Of a stretch of DNA of 64,000 nucleotides, positions 11,905 through 23,787 are shown piece by piece. The notes under the pieces were generated by a model, which did not search any database, had not been told where the DNA came from, and was given only the letters and a program-made list of their open reading frames with translations. A program made the position numbers and the translations under genes. This DNA comes from Thermoanaerobaculia bacterium (GTDB lineage: Bacteria > Acidobacteriota > Thermoanaerobaculia > UBA5066). The stretch is taken from positions 738,425 to 802,424 of the forward strand of contig JBGASW010000003.1 in NCBI GenBank assembly GCA_044229475.1, read 5' to 3'. Every line of letters begins with the position of its first letter. Position 1 is the first letter of the stretch.

Positions 11905-13182
11905 TCAGAAGCTCCTGGTGAATGAGAAGTAGACGCCGTCTCGGCCGGACGTGAAGCCGTCCCCCTCCCGGCTTTCGAGCGCTGCGTTGCGCGACCACGA
12001 AAGCTCGATCATCGACGACCAGAAGAAGCCGCTCGAAAGGCCGATCGTGACGGCGTTCGGGCTGTCGGTGCGCTGGAGGATCGCCCCCGACGCGTCCCGG
12101 ACGGTCCGGTCCACGGACGCGAGCGTGCCCCTGAGGTGGAGGAAGAGAAAGAAGGCGAGCTGCATCCGGGCCTCGAGGCCGGCGATCACGTAGCCGCGCG
12201 AGACGATCTCGTCGAGGCCGGCCGTCGGGAGGACGGGCCGTGTGATCGTCTCGTAGTCCCCGGCGTTCGAGCCGCCCGAGAGCCGGAACGCCGAGAACCG
12301 GTCGAGGTCCGATCCTGTTCCGGCGTACACGGACGCGAGGATTCTGTGCCTCCGGTCCCCGAGGGGCAGCGGGAGCGCCGCGAGGGCGTATCCGCTCAGG
12401 GCGGTCCACGAACGGGTATACGCCGCGGCGTGCGCCCCCGTCGGACCGCCGCCCCAGTCCTGCCAGCCGCCGCGGTGGGCGGCCCAGGCGTCGAGCCCGG
12501 CCGCCCAGCCCCGGTGGGGCAGCTCGAGGAGGTTGCGCGTGAAGGCGTCGGCACGAACTCGCAGATGGAAGCGCCCCTCGTACGAATTCGACGGCGGCGT
12601 GAAATCCGTCGCCGTCGACGAGCCCTTCGAAAAGTAGAGAAAGCCCGGTTCGTAAGAGAGGGACCCTTCGAGGAAGTTGTCGGCGTGACCCGGCGCGAGA
12701 GGCGATCGGAATGCGAGGCCGGCGCCTGCCCGTACCGAGCCCCAGTTCAGTTCTTCGCTCTCGAGGCGCTCCCCGCTCGCGTACTCGGACCGGGCCCACG
12801 GGAACGTCGTGTTCTCGAACGTCAGGACGAGGTCCGTGCTCTCCGCGATCCGGCGGTTCCAGCGCACGTCGTCGTAGAGGCCCACGAGGACAGCCCTCAG
12901 GCGCCGCGCGCCGCCGTCGCGCTGCCGCCAGAGGAGGAACGCGGCCTCGGGGTTCAGGGTCTTGCCGTCCGGGCCGGACGGGATCCAGCCGAGACCCGCG
13001 AAGACTTCGTCGACCGTGCTGCGGTCCCGGGCGGGCACCTCGAACGTCATCCCGAAGGCGGTCCGCGTAAACGCCTCGCCGGCGAGGATCGTGGGCTCCT
13101 GGCCGGCGACCCGGAAGGCGCCGGCGAGGAGGAGCGCGATCGCCGCCGCTGAAGGGATCCGCCCGGCCGGTGCGCCACTCAT
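11905..13182 (-). CDS. hypothetical outer-membrane beta-barrel-like protein
   Basis: ATG 13182 gives signal peptide MSGAPAGRIPSAAAIALLLAGAFRVAGQ. C-terminus ...GVYFSFTRSF (OMP-type aromatic end). Confidence 0.55.
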   Translation of the reverse strand: MSGAPAGRIPSAAAIALLLAGAFRVAGQEPTILAGEAFTRTAFGMTFEVPARDRSTVDEVFAGLGWIPSGPDGKTLNPEAAFLLWRQRDGGARRLRAVLVGLYDDVRWNRRIAESTDLVLTFENTTFPWARSEYASGERLESEELNWGSVRAGAGLAFRSPLAPGHADNFLEGSLSYEPGFLYFSKGSSTATDFTPPSNSYEGRFHLRVRADAFTRNLLELPHRGWAAGLDAWAAHRGGWQDWGGGPTGAHAAAYTRSWTALSGYALAALPLPLGDRRHRILASVYAGTGSDLDRFSAFRLSGGSNAGDYETITRPVLPTAGLDEIVSRGYVIAGLEARMQLAFFLFLHLRGTLASVDRTVRDASGAILQRTDSPNAVTIGLSSGFFWSSMIELSWSRNAALESREGDGFTSGRDGVYFSFTRSF

Positions 13183-13258
13183 GGGGACAACATGGGGCTC
13201 GCCCCCGGGGATTTCACAGGTCATTCGCAGGGAATTGGTATTCTTCGGAGAGATCCAC

Positions 13259-13918
13259 GTGGCCCTGAGGTTCGGCGATTGCCTCTTCGACCCGGAGAGC
13301 CGCCAGCTCTTCCGCGGGGGAGCGCCCGTCCCGTTGTCGCCGAAGGCGTTCCACCTCCTCGAGATCCTCGTGAGAAACCGCCCGCGGGCCATGGCGAAGG
13401 CCGAGCTCCAGGAGACGCTGTGGCCGGACACGTTCGTCGTGGAGGCGAACCTCGCGAACCTCGTCGCCGAGCTGCGGGAGGCCATGGGGGAGAAGGGGCA
13501 TCGCGACGGCTTCCTGCGCACGGTCCACGGCTTCGGCTACGCGTTCTCCGGCGAGGCGGCGGATTCGGGCGTGCGGGCCGCGCACGCGAGCGCGTTCTCC
13601 CTCGTGCGGGACGGGCGCGCGTTCCCGCTCGCGGCGGGAGAGAACGTGATCGGCCGCGACCCGGAGTGCGCCGTCTTCGTCGACGACGGCACCGTCTCGC
13701 GCCGCCACGCGTGCGTCACCGTCAGGGGGAACGAGGCGCTCCTCGAGGACCTCGGCAGCAAGAACGGGACGAGCGTGAACGGCCGCAAGCCGGAGGGCCC
13801 GTGTGCGGTCCGGCACGGCGACTCCGTTCTGGTGGGCTCGGTGCTTTTCACCGTCCGGGTTTCGGCGGCGGCCCAGGAGACGGCGACGCTGCGAGACGCC
13901 CCGGCGTCCGCACCCTAG
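13259..13918 (+). CDS. winged-helix (OmpR/CadC-type) DNA-binding domain fused to an FHA domain
   Basis: GTG 13259 with GGAGAG upstream (TTG 13235 is an alternative start). FGDCLFDPESRQLFRGGAPVPLSPKAFHLLEIL...RTVHGFGYAF, then FHA-like IGRDPECAVFVDDGTVSRRHACV...DLGSKNGT. Confidence 0.8.
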   Translation: MALRFGDCLFDPESRQLFRGGAPVPLSPKAFHLLEILVRNRPRAMAKAELQETLWPDTFVVEANLANLVAELREAMGEKGHRDGFLRTVHGFGYAFSGEAADSGVRAAHASAFSLVRDGRAFPLAAGENVIGRDPECAVFVDDGTVSRRHACVTVRGNEALLEDLGSKNGTSVNGRKPEGPCAVRHGDSVLVGSVLFTVRVSAAAQETATLRDAPASAP

Positions 13919-14427
13919 TCCGGCTCGACGCCCTCGCCCGCGACGTCCGGGGCGGCTTTCGCGGCGAGCTTCGCGCGGTGGCGCTTGATGAGCCGCAGGA
14001 GCACGACGTACGTGAGTGCGCCCGCGACGAGCGAGAGCGCGAACATCCCGACGGCGATCTGGGCGCCGACCGCGCGCATCGTCGGCCCCGCGGCCGTCCA
14101 GAACGAGCGCCGGAACATCTCGTGCCACGGCAGGTGGGCGATGGCCTCGCGCCGCGCCTGGAGCAGGAAGCGTCCGATCGGCAGCGCGATCGCGCCGACC
14201 GCGGGCAAGGTCAGCGGGTTCACGACGAGCGTCCCGAGCAGGACGTCGACCTTGTTGAGCTTCAGGGCGAACGCGAGGAGGAGGGCGATCACCCAGTGGA
14301 GCCCGATGAGCGGCGTGAAGGAGATCGCGACGCCGATCGCGAACGAGGCCGCGACGACCTCGGGGGGGGAGTCCCTCCCGAGCATGTGGAGAAAGCGGGC
14401 CTTGAACGACCCCTCAGGGTTCGTCAA
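13915..14427 (-). CDS. DUF2062-like small membrane protein
   Basis: SPPEVVAASFAIGVAISFTPLIGLHWVIALLLAFALKLN pattern. TTG 14427 (ATG 14385 is an alternative start). Overlaps the thiL stop. Confidence 0.6.
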   Translation of the reverse strand: MTNPEGSFKARFLHMLGRDSPPEVVAASFAIGVAISFTPLIGLHWVIALLLAFALKLNKVDVLLGTLVVNPLTLPAVGAIALPIGRFLLQARREAIAHLPWHEMFRRSFWTAAGPTMRAVGAQIAVGMFALSLVAGALTYVVLLRLIKRHRAKLAAKAAPDVAGEGVEPD

Positions 14428-15450
14428 AGTGGTCGAACCCGGCGTCGGGCAGTGGCGCCCGCCGCCCGTCGCGCACGAGCCGCACGCCCGCGCCGTCGTC
14501 GATCGTCCCGATGCGCCGCAGCGCGAAGCTTCCCGCGAGGCGGTCGACCGCGGCGAGCTTCTTCTTCGGGACCGTGAAGAGGAGGCCGAAGTCCTCGCCT
14601 CCGTAGAGCGCGGCGGCGAGCGGGTCGAGGCCCGCGAGCGGCCCGAGGTCGGCGAGGGCCGAGTCGACGGGGAGCCGGTCCGCCTCGATCGTCGCCCCGA
14701 CGTCGGAGGCCCGGCAGAGGCGGTAGAGGTCGCGCGCGAGCCCGTCCGAGACGTCGATCGCGGCCGAGGCGAGGGAGCCCGAGGCGAGCGTCGAGCCGAG
14801 CACGAGCTGGGGACGGGGGTCGATCTGGTGCCGGATGAGGCGGGCGACTTCCTGGGCGCGCGGGGCGGAAACGCGCCGGCCCTTCGGGTCCAGCGCGACG
14901 CGCTCGGCCGAGAGGCGATACCCCTTCTCGAGGAGCCTGAAGCCCGCAGCGGCCGCGCCGAGCGTCCCGGAGACGAAGAGCGCGTCTCCCGGCTCGGCCC
15001 CCGCGCGCGTGAGCGGAGCCTCGGGCGCGTGGCCCATCGCCGTGACCGCCACGAAGACCTTGTCGGAGGCGCTGAGGTCGCCGCCGACGACGGCGACGCC
15101 GTGCTCGGAAGCCGCCTCCTTCACGCCGGCCGCGAGCGCGTCGAGCCACTCGGGCTTCGTCTTCTTCGGCAGGCCGAGCGCGAGGACGGCCCAGAGGGGC
15201 CGCGCGCCCATCGCGGCGAGGTCGGAGAGGTTCACGTTCATCGCCTTGCGCCCGAGCCTCCGGGGATCGGCGTCCCGGCGGAAGTCGTGGTCCTCGAGGA
15301 GGACGTCGGTCGTGACCGCGAGCCGGTCCGGGCTCACGACGACGGCCGCGTCGTCGCCGATCCCGACCTTCACGTCGCGTCGTCGTGTCGCGAACACGCC
15401 CGCGAGGCGGGCGACGATCGCGTCTTCGGGCGGGAGGCCGGAGCGTCTCT

Positions 15451-15454
<4 letters not shown>
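14414..15454 (-). CDS. thiL: thiamine-monophosphate kinase
   Basis: AIR-synthase-like fold motifs GIGDDAAVV, TTDVLLEDHDF, NLSDLAAMGA. ATG 15454 overlaps the lon stop (ATGA). Confidence 0.85.
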
Positions 15455-17879
<2,425 letters not shown>

Positions 17880-17880
<1 letters not shown>

Positions 17881-18281
17881 CAGCTCTTCTTGCCTTTCAC
17901 GATGGGAATCGACCGGCCCTTGCCGCCCGAACGCTTCGGAATGTCGAGCATGAGGAGCCCGTCCGCGTACGTGGCGCGGGAGCCTTCGGGATCCGGATCC
18001 TCGGGCAGCTCGAGCACGCGCTCGAACGCGCCCGCGGCGCGCTCGACGCGCAGGAAGACGCCGGACTCGCGGTCCGTCGCCTTGCGCGTCCCGCGGAGCG
18101 TCAGGAGCCGCCCGCGGATGTCCACCGAGATCTCCTCGGGGTCCGTGCCGGGGATCTCGAACGTGAGGCGCCAGAGAGAGCCGTGGTCCACGACGTCGAC
18201 CGGCGGGACGAGGGCGGGCCGTTCGGGCGGCTCGTGGGCCGTGCGGACGAAGAAGCCGACGGGGATCTCGCGCTTCTTCAT
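17880..18281 (-). CDS. Hsp20/alpha-crystallin family small heat-shock protein
   Basis: ACD-like core WRLTFEIPG...ISVDIRGRLLTLRG...ERVLELPEDPD...YADGLLMLDIPK and an IPI motif. ATG 18281 follows GGAGGG and overlaps the nrdR stop. Confidence 0.85.
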
Positions 18282-18748
18282 TTCTTCCCTCCGGGGGCGC
18301 GTCCGAGGAGCGCCTTGAGCTCGTCCACGAAGTCGCCGAGGTCCTCGAAGCGGCGGTAGACCGACGCGAACCGGACGTAGGCGACCTGGTCGAGGTCCTT
18401 GAGCTTCTCCATGATGCTCGCGCCGAGCTCGATCGTCGTCATCTCGCGCGGTTCGCGCGCCGACAGCTCGGATTCGACGGCGTCGCAGATTTCCTCGAGC
18501 GTCTTCGTCTCGACGGGCCGCTTCTCGCAGGCCTTCATGAGGCCCCGCAGGAGCTTGTTGCGGTCGAAGGGCTCGCGCCGACCGTCCTTCTTCACGACGA
18601 GGAGCGGGATCTCCTCGACCGTCTCGTAGGACGTGAAGCGCCTCTGGCAGGCGTTGCACTCGCGCCGCCGGCGGATGACGGCGCCCTCCCGGCTCTCTCG
18701 CGAATCGACGACGCGGTCGTCGCCTTCCCCGCAGTACGGACAGCGCAT
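18278..18748 (-). CDS. nrdR: transcriptional repressor NrdR
   Basis: MRCPYCG...CNAC zinc ribbon plus ATP-cone (KKDGRREPFDRNKLLRGL). Confidence 0.95.
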   Translation of the reverse strand: MRCPYCGEGDDRVVDSRESREGAVIRRRRECNACQRRFTSYETVEEIPLLVVKKDGRREPFDRNKLLRGLMKACEKRPVETKTLEEICDAVESELSAREPREMTTIELGASIMEKLKDLDQVAYVRFASVYRRFEDLGDFVDELKALLGRAPGGKK

Positions 18749-18777
18749 GTGGCCCCGAGCCTAGCAGGACCGGGGCG

Positions 18778-19383
18778 TCAGTTCCGCCCGAAAGGGAACG
18801 GGATGACGTCGCCGTCTTCCGCGGTCTTTTCGGGTTCCACGGCGGCAGGCTTGTCGCCCCGTGCCCCGCGGCGCACCTCGATCAGGAGGTCGCACATCTC
18901 GCGCACGGCCCCGGCGCCCCCGGGCTTCGTGAGGCGCAGGGCGGCGGCGTCGCGCACGAGCGCGATCGCGTCGGCCGGCGCGGCGCCCACGCCGGCTCGG
19001 CGGAGCATCCCGAGGTCGGGCAGGTCGTCCCCGACGGCCGCGATCTCCCACGCCTCGAGGTCCCAGCGCTTCGCGAGGAGGTCGAAGGCGGCGGCCTTGT
19101 CGCGCTCGCCCTGGAGGACGAATTCCTCGGGGATCTTCAGGTCGGCGCACCGGCGCGAGACGACCCGGGACGTCCGGGACGAGATGACGCCGATCCTGTA
19201 CCCGAGGTCGCGCAGGAGGACGAGGCCGAGCCCGTCCTTCACGTCGAACGTCTTCGTCTCCCGGCCGTCCTCGTCGAACGTCATCGAGCCGTCCGTCAGG
19301 ACGCCGTCCACGTCGAGGACGAGCCCCCGGATGCGCGAGAGCTTGGTCCGGAGGTCGTCGGGAACGATCGGCGCCGCGGGCAT
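18778..19383 (-). CDS. kdsC: KDO 8-phosphate phosphatase (HAD family)
   Basis: LVLDVDGVLTDG...DVKDGLG...VGDDLPD. Confidence 0.85.
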   Translation of the reverse strand: MPAAPIVPDDLRTKLSRIRGLVLDVDGVLTDGSMTFDEDGRETKTFDVKDGLGLVLLRDLGYRIGVISSRTSRVVSRRCADLKIPEEFVLQGERDKAAAFDLLAKRWDLEAWEIAAVGDDLPDLGMLRRAGVGAAPADAIALVRDAAALRLTKPGGAGAVREMCDLLIEVRRGARGDKPAAVEPEKTAEDGDVIPFPFGRN

Positions 19384-19411
19384 CTCCCGCCATCATATGC
19401 GCGGGGGGACG

Positions 19412-20377
19412 CTAAATCGACTCGACGCCCCACAGGTCGTGCAGGTGCAGGATGCCCTCGGGGCGGCCGTCCGGGGCCACCACGAAGAGGGACGTGATCT
19501 TCCGTTCCTCCATGATCCGCAGCGCCTCCGTGGCCCAGGCGTCCTTCGCGATCGTCTTCGGGCTCCGGCCCATCGCGTCGGCGGCCGAGTCGTTCATGAT
19601 CTTCGGGCCGTCCTTCTCGAGGAGGCGGCGGAGGTCGCCGTCCGAGACGGCGCCCACGAGCTTCCCGCCTTCCGTGACGCCCGTGATGCCGAAGCGCTTC
19701 CGGGACATCTCGTAGACGACGTCCTTCATCGGCGCCGCGGAGGCGACGAGCGGGACGTCCGCGCCCGCGTGCATGAGGTCCGAGACCTTCAGGAAACGCT
19801 TTCCGAGCTTGCCGCCGGGGTGGAGCGCGGCGAAGTCCTCGGGCTGGAAGCCCTTCTCGACGGACAACGCCATCGCGAGCGCGTCGCCCATGACGAGCTG
19901 CGCGGTCGTGGAGGCGGTGGGCGCGAGGTTCAGGGGGCAGGCTTCCTCGCGGATCGTGATCGAGACGACGACGTCCGCGCCCTTTCCGAGGGTCGAGTCC
20001 CTCCGTCCCGTCATCGCGACCAGCGTCGCGCCGCGGCGCTTCACGTGCGGGATCAGCGCGACGACCTCCTCCGTCTCGCCCGAGTGCGAGAGGGCGAGGA
20101 CGACGTCGCCGCCGAGGATCATCCCGAGGTCGCCGTGGATCGCCTCGGACGGGTGCAGGTAGAACGCCGCGGTGCCCGTCGACGCGAGCGTCGCGGCGAT
20201 CTTCTGGCCGACGATGCCGCTCTTGCCGATGCCCGTCACGACGACGCGGCCGGCGGTGGACTTCATGGCGGCGACGGCGCGGTCGAATCCCTCGTCGAGG
20301 CCGTCCGCGAGCGCGCGGACGGCTCCCGCCTCGATCTCGATGACGCGGAGGGCCTGCTGCCGTGCTGGGGTCGTCAA
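19412..20377 (-). CDS. kdsD: arabinose-5-phosphate isomerase (SIS + 2xCBS)
   Basis: VVVTGIGKSG, ALSHSGETEEV, CBS pair at the C-terminus. Start taken as TTG 20377, 12 nt after the upstream stop. The longer ORF-track start would overlap the upstream gene. Confidence 0.85.
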   Translation of the reverse strand: MTTPARQQALRVIEIEAGAVRALADGLDEGFDRAVAAMKSTAGRVVVTGIGKSGIVGQKIAATLASTGTAAFYLHPSEAIHGDLGMILGGDVVLALSHSGETEEVVALIPHVKRRGATLVAMTGRRDSTLGKGADVVVSITIREEACPLNLAPTASTTAQLVMGDALAMALSVEKGFQPEDFAALHPGGKLGKRFLKVSDLMHAGADVPLVASAAPMKDVVYEMSRKRFGITGVTEGGKLVGAVSDGDLRRLLEKDGPKIMNDSAADAMGRSPKTIAKDAWATEALRIMEERKITSLFVVAPDGRPEGILHLHDLWGVESI

Positions 20378-20388
20378 GCCAGGCGAGT

Positions 20389-22362
20389 TTACTTGCCTTT
20401 GCCGAGAAGCACCGTCTGCTTGCCCGTGGCGGGGTCGAGGCGGACGAGGCGGCCGTCGGCGTCGAGGAAGAGCGACGTCCACGGCGCGCCGGCTTCGGGA
20501 GGCGTCATGACGGGATCGATCCACCAGCCCATGCGGTCGACGGGGACGAGGCCCTCGCCGAGTTGGGAAACCGCGCCCGACGCCGCGTCCACGACGACCA
20601 GCTTCGCGCGGGGGTGGGCCTTTGTTTCCTCTTCGAAAGGGAAGAGGGAAATGGCCACGCGCCCCGTGTCGATTTCGCCTCCGAGGGTGATGCGCACCGC
20701 GGGACCCAGTTCGACTGTCCGGGCGGGCGCGCTCCAGCCCCTCTCACCTTCGAAGAAAAGCGCCCGTGCCCCTGCCTTGGCGATGCCGGCAACGACGATC
20801 CGGTTGCCGACGAGGAGGCGCGCCTGCGCGCTTTGGAGCCCCTCCGCGAGCGTCGCGACGCGCGCGCCCGTCCGCCCGTCGAGGAGCATGACGGTCCGGG
20901 GGCCGGAGGCGTCTTCTGTTGCGCGGCGCGTCCCGACGAGAAATCGCCCGTCCGCGCTCAGACGCAGCCAGGAGAGAGACTCGAGGTCGAGGCGGCCGGT
21001 GACGAGGGATTTCTTCGAAGACAGGGAGAGGTCCCTGATCTCGGCGTCGATGGCGGCGAGGTTCGGTTTGGTAGTGCCGGAGAGCCGCGGGAAGACTCGG
21101 ATCGTGTCCTCGTCGACGAAGGCGAAACGGGGCATGGCGTGCTCGAGGCGGAAAGTCGCGAGCTGCTTCGGGTTGGCCGGCTCCGATACGTCGTAGGCGG
21201 AGATCGTCAACCCCGCCAGGGAGGCGAGCCTGTGGCCGCTCGGCGAGAGCGTCAGCCACGGCCAGTCGGCGCTCACGATGCCGGTCGCGACGGCGCGGCC
21301 CGAGGCGAGATCCGCCACCACGAGCTCCATCCGGTTGCTCCTCCGGTCGAGGATCCCGAAGTCGGGCTCGCCCCACGCTGCGCGTGCGCCGTTCTGCGAG
21401 AACGTCTCGCCGCAGCCCCGGAGGCGGATCGACGCGAGCGACGCCGTATCGAAGAGGAACGACGCGCCTCCCCTCGCGCCTCCCAAGGCGCCGCCGACGG
21501 CGGTCCAGGATCCGCGTCGAGCCGACGCGACGTTTCCGGCGACCTGTCGGAGGTCGGTCGCCCTCGCCGACGCGCACCACCACGCAAAAGCGCCGACGGC
21601 GAGGACGCCGGACCCGAGGACGGCCCAGAGGACGAACGAGAAGGCGCCGTGGGCGCGGCGGGCGTCCGCCCGTCCGGCGGCTACCTGGGCGAGCGTGGCG
21701 AGCGGGAAGGCGAGCGCGACCGCACCGGCGAGCATGGCGGAGCCGATCCAGGCCGGACCCGCTTCGAGGCCGTAGGTCGGGTCTCCGAGATGGTCCCGAA
21801 CCAGCGACCGGACGAGGAAGGTGGCGGCGAACGCGAGCGTGATTGCGAGAGTCAGGTCGAGGAGGGCCCACGGCGACTTCAGCCGAGCCACCGTGACGAC
21901 GGCGTGGGAGGCAAAGACGCAGCCGGCCACGACTGCGAGGGCTGCGAGCGCCGCCTGTCCCGCGAGCAGGTCGATGCCCCATAACGCGCGAGTCGGAGCG
22001 GGTCCGGTCAGCCAGCCCGGGAGAAAGACGAGGAAGCCGGCCGAGAGGCTGACGAAAATGGCCGCGAGGAGCTTGCCGGCCCAGATCGCCGCCGCCGGGA
22101 TCGGACGCGAGAACCAGAACGAGATCCGTCTTTCGGCCGTCTCACCAGGGATCATCGAGCCCCCGTAGAGCAGGGCGAGCGCGACGGCGAGGGCGAGACC
22201 CCCGACCGACGCCGCCAGGAGCCGCACCTCGGCGTTACCCGGGGTGTTCCAGCCGTGAAGGGCCGAGACGACGAGCGTCGGGATCCCGCAGCAGAACCCG
22301 ACGAGGAAGACCATTCGGCGCTCGAAGACCTCCCGCGCGAAGACGGCGGCGAAGGCTTTCAT
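20389..22362 (-). CDS. ABC-2-type permease-like N-terminus fused to a large periplasmic beta-propeller-like domain
   Basis: ATG 22362 overlaps the ATPase stop (ATGA). About 6 TM segments, then roughly 400 aa of repetitive beta-type sequence (LSPSGHRLA..., LSADGRFLV..., LDADGRLVRLD). Confidence 0.7.
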   Translation of the reverse strand: MKAFAAVFAREVFERRMVFLVGFCCGIPTLVVSALHGWNTPGNAEVRLLAASVGGLALAVALALLYGGSMIPGETAERRISFWFSRPIPAAAIWAGKLLAAIFVSLSAGFLVFLPGWLTGPAPTRALWGIDLLAGQAALAALAVVAGCVFASHAVVTVARLKSPWALLDLTLAITLAFAATFLVRSLVRDHLGDPTYGLEAGPAWIGSAMLAGAVALAFPLATLAQVAAGRADARRAHGAFSFVLWAVLGSGVLAVGAFAWWCASARATDLRQVAGNVASARRGSWTAVGGALGGARGGASFLFDTASLASIRLRGCGETFSQNGARAAWGEPDFGILDRRSNRMELVVADLASGRAVATGIVSADWPWLTLSPSGHRLASLAGLTISAYDVSEPANPKQLATFRLEHAMPRFAFVDEDTIRVFPRLSGTTKPNLAAIDAEIRDLSLSSKKSLVTGRLDLESLSWLRLSADGRFLVGTRRATEDASGPRTVMLLDGRTGARVATLAEGLQSAQARLLVGNRIVVAGIAKAGARALFFEGERGWSAPARTVELGPAVRITLGGEIDTGRVAISLFPFEEETKAHPRAKLVVVDAASGAVSQLGEGLVPVDRMGWWIDPVMTPPEAGAPWTSLFLDADGRLVRLDPATGKQTVLLGKGK

Positions 22363-23303
22363 GCGTTCCTCCCTGCGGGGCTTTCGCCAGCGACCGCGAC
22401 GAAGATCTCTTCCAGCGACAGCGACGACGACTCGGCGTCCACGACGCCTTCGAGGGACGAGAAGCGCGTGAACGACTCCTCTCCGTAGTTCGAGACGATC
22501 GCCTCTATGCCCCATCCGCGCACCTTGACGCGCACCGCGTCGAAGGCCGCGAGCTCCTGGCCGTACTCCGTGCGCTCCTCCGTCTGCTCGTTCGCATAGC
22601 GCAAGCGACGAAAGCGCCCCTTCAGCGTCTCGAGCTCCTCGTCCACGGCGAGCTTCCCATCCTTCAGGAACCCGACGTGCGTCGCCATGCTCTCGACGCC
22701 CGCGAGATCGTGAGACGTCAGGAGCACGGTCGTCCCTCGGTCCGCCAGCTCGCCGACGAGCTCCTCGAAGAACGCGCGCCGCGCGACGGCGTCGAGGCCG
22801 AGCGTCGGGTCGTCGAGGACGAGCAGGTCGGGCGAGGACGCGAGGGCGAGCGCGAGCGAGACGAGCGCGCGCTGGCCCTTCGACAGGCTTCCGTAAGGGG
22901 TCCCGGCCGGGACGCCGAACCGCGCGAGGCGCGCCTCCACGGACGGCGCGTCCCAGACGGGGTAGAGCTTGGCGCAGAACGCGGAGAGCTGCCGGGCCGT
23001 CATCGCCGGCGGCGCGTCGGGGTCCTCGGGGACGACGCCGACTTTCGCCATGAGCGAGGCGCGGCGTTTCCACACGTCCTCGCCGAAGAGGAAGCAGCCG
23101 CCCGCCGTCGGCTTCTGCTGGCCGAGGAGGCAGCGCACGAGAGACGACTTCCCGGCGCCGTTGCGCCCGAGGAGGGCATACACGGAGCCGCGGGGAACGG
23201 AGAAGGAGATTTCTTCGAGTGTGGGTTTCGGGTTGCCGCCGTAGCGCACCAGGAGGCTCCGAACCTCCACCACCGGCGCGTCCCCGCGCTGCTGCGTGGT
23301 CAT
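22359..23303 (-). CDS. ABC transporter ATP-binding protein
   Basis: Walker A GRNGAGKSS, signature LSKGQ, Walker B LLVLDDPT. Confidence 0.9.
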   Translation of the reverse strand: MTTQQRGDAPVVEVRSLLVRYGGNPKPTLEEISFSVPRGSVYALLGRNGAGKSSLVRCLLGQQKPTAGGCFLFGEDVWKRRASLMAKVGVVPEDPDAPPAMTARQLSAFCAKLYPVWDAPSVEARLARFGVPAGTPYGSLSKGQRALVSLALALASSPDLLVLDDPTLGLDAVARRAFFEELVGELADRGTTVLLTSHDLAGVESMATHVGFLKDGKLAVDEELETLKGRFRRLRYANEQTEERTEYGQELAAFDAVRVKVRGWGIEAIVSNYGEESFTRFSSLEGVVDAESSSLSLEEIFVAVAGESPAGRNA

Positions 23304-23707
23304 TCGGCCCCTCCCTCTCTCTTCCTTCTAAGAAATCCGATGCTGCGTTTCACGTGCTCCACCGCTTCCTCGTTGCTCGCGCTGAGCGTCACGGCGAGGG
23401 ACGCGTAGCGCAGCGCGCCGCCCTCCAGCTCCTTGTCCCGATCGCCGCGCGATATCGCCGGCGGTTTCTCCGCCACGAACGTGCCCTCGCCCCGTTTCAC
23501 GGCGAGGATCCCGGCATCCACGAGACGCTGGTAGCCCTTCGCCACGGTGGCCGGATTGATCGACAGCTCGCGGGCGAGGTCGCGCACGGACGGGACGGCC
23601 GCCCCGGGCTTCAGCGCCCCGGAGGCGACGAGCCGCCGCACGTTCTCCTCGATCTGCTTCCAGAGGGGAACGGCATCGGTGGGATCGACGGAGAGGCCGC
23701 GGCTCAC
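23300..23707 (-). CDS. GntR-family (YtrA-like, short) transcriptional regulator
   Basis: wHTH PSVRDLARELSINPATVAKGYQRLVDAGILAVKRGEGTFV. GTG 23707. Overlaps the ATPase start. Confidence 0.85.
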   Translation of the reverse strand: MSRGLSVDPTDAVPLWKQIEENVRRLVASGALKPGAAVPSVRDLARELSINPATVAKGYQRLVDAGILAVKRGEGTFVAEKPPAISRGDRDKELEGGALRYASLAVTLSASNEEAVEHVKRSIGFLRRKREGGAE

Positions 23708-23719
23708 GGGGTACCGCCT

Positions 23720-23737
23720 CGGTGTATCATTACACCG
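23720..23737. promoter_or_regulatory. perfect palindrome CGGTGTA-TCAT-TACACCG just upstream of the GntR gene (candidate autoregulatory operator)
   Basis: 7-bp inverted arms containing the GT...AC core typical of GntR-family operators, 13 nt upstream of GTG 23707. Confidence 0.45.
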
Positions 23738-23787
23738 ACACAGTACGGACGCGGAAGCCCTCCTGTCAAGGGCCGGAGGCGAAAAAC

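Noticed and set aside
11895-11925. TCAGAAGCTCCTGGTGAATGAGAAG at the 3' end of the barrel-protein gene as another element arm. Also many shorter arm-like words inside genes, e.g. 12601-12660, 20622-20650, 21008-21030 and 23203-23232.
   Set aside because: These encode residues expected for the protein families (OMP terminal …FTRSF, ABC …LEEISFSV). They could arise from ordinary GAA/AAG/TTC codon use. Without a paired arm at element spacing I cannot separate them from chance.
19412-20524. Longer N-terminal extensions offered by the ORF track for kdsD, pyrG (to 39253), the GntR gene (to 24319), thiL, hsp20, murB, moxR and others.
   Set aside because: The extensions are Arg/Pro-rich, overlap the upstream gene, and precede the point where family homology starts. 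Internal starts with RBSs or stop/start overlaps fit better.
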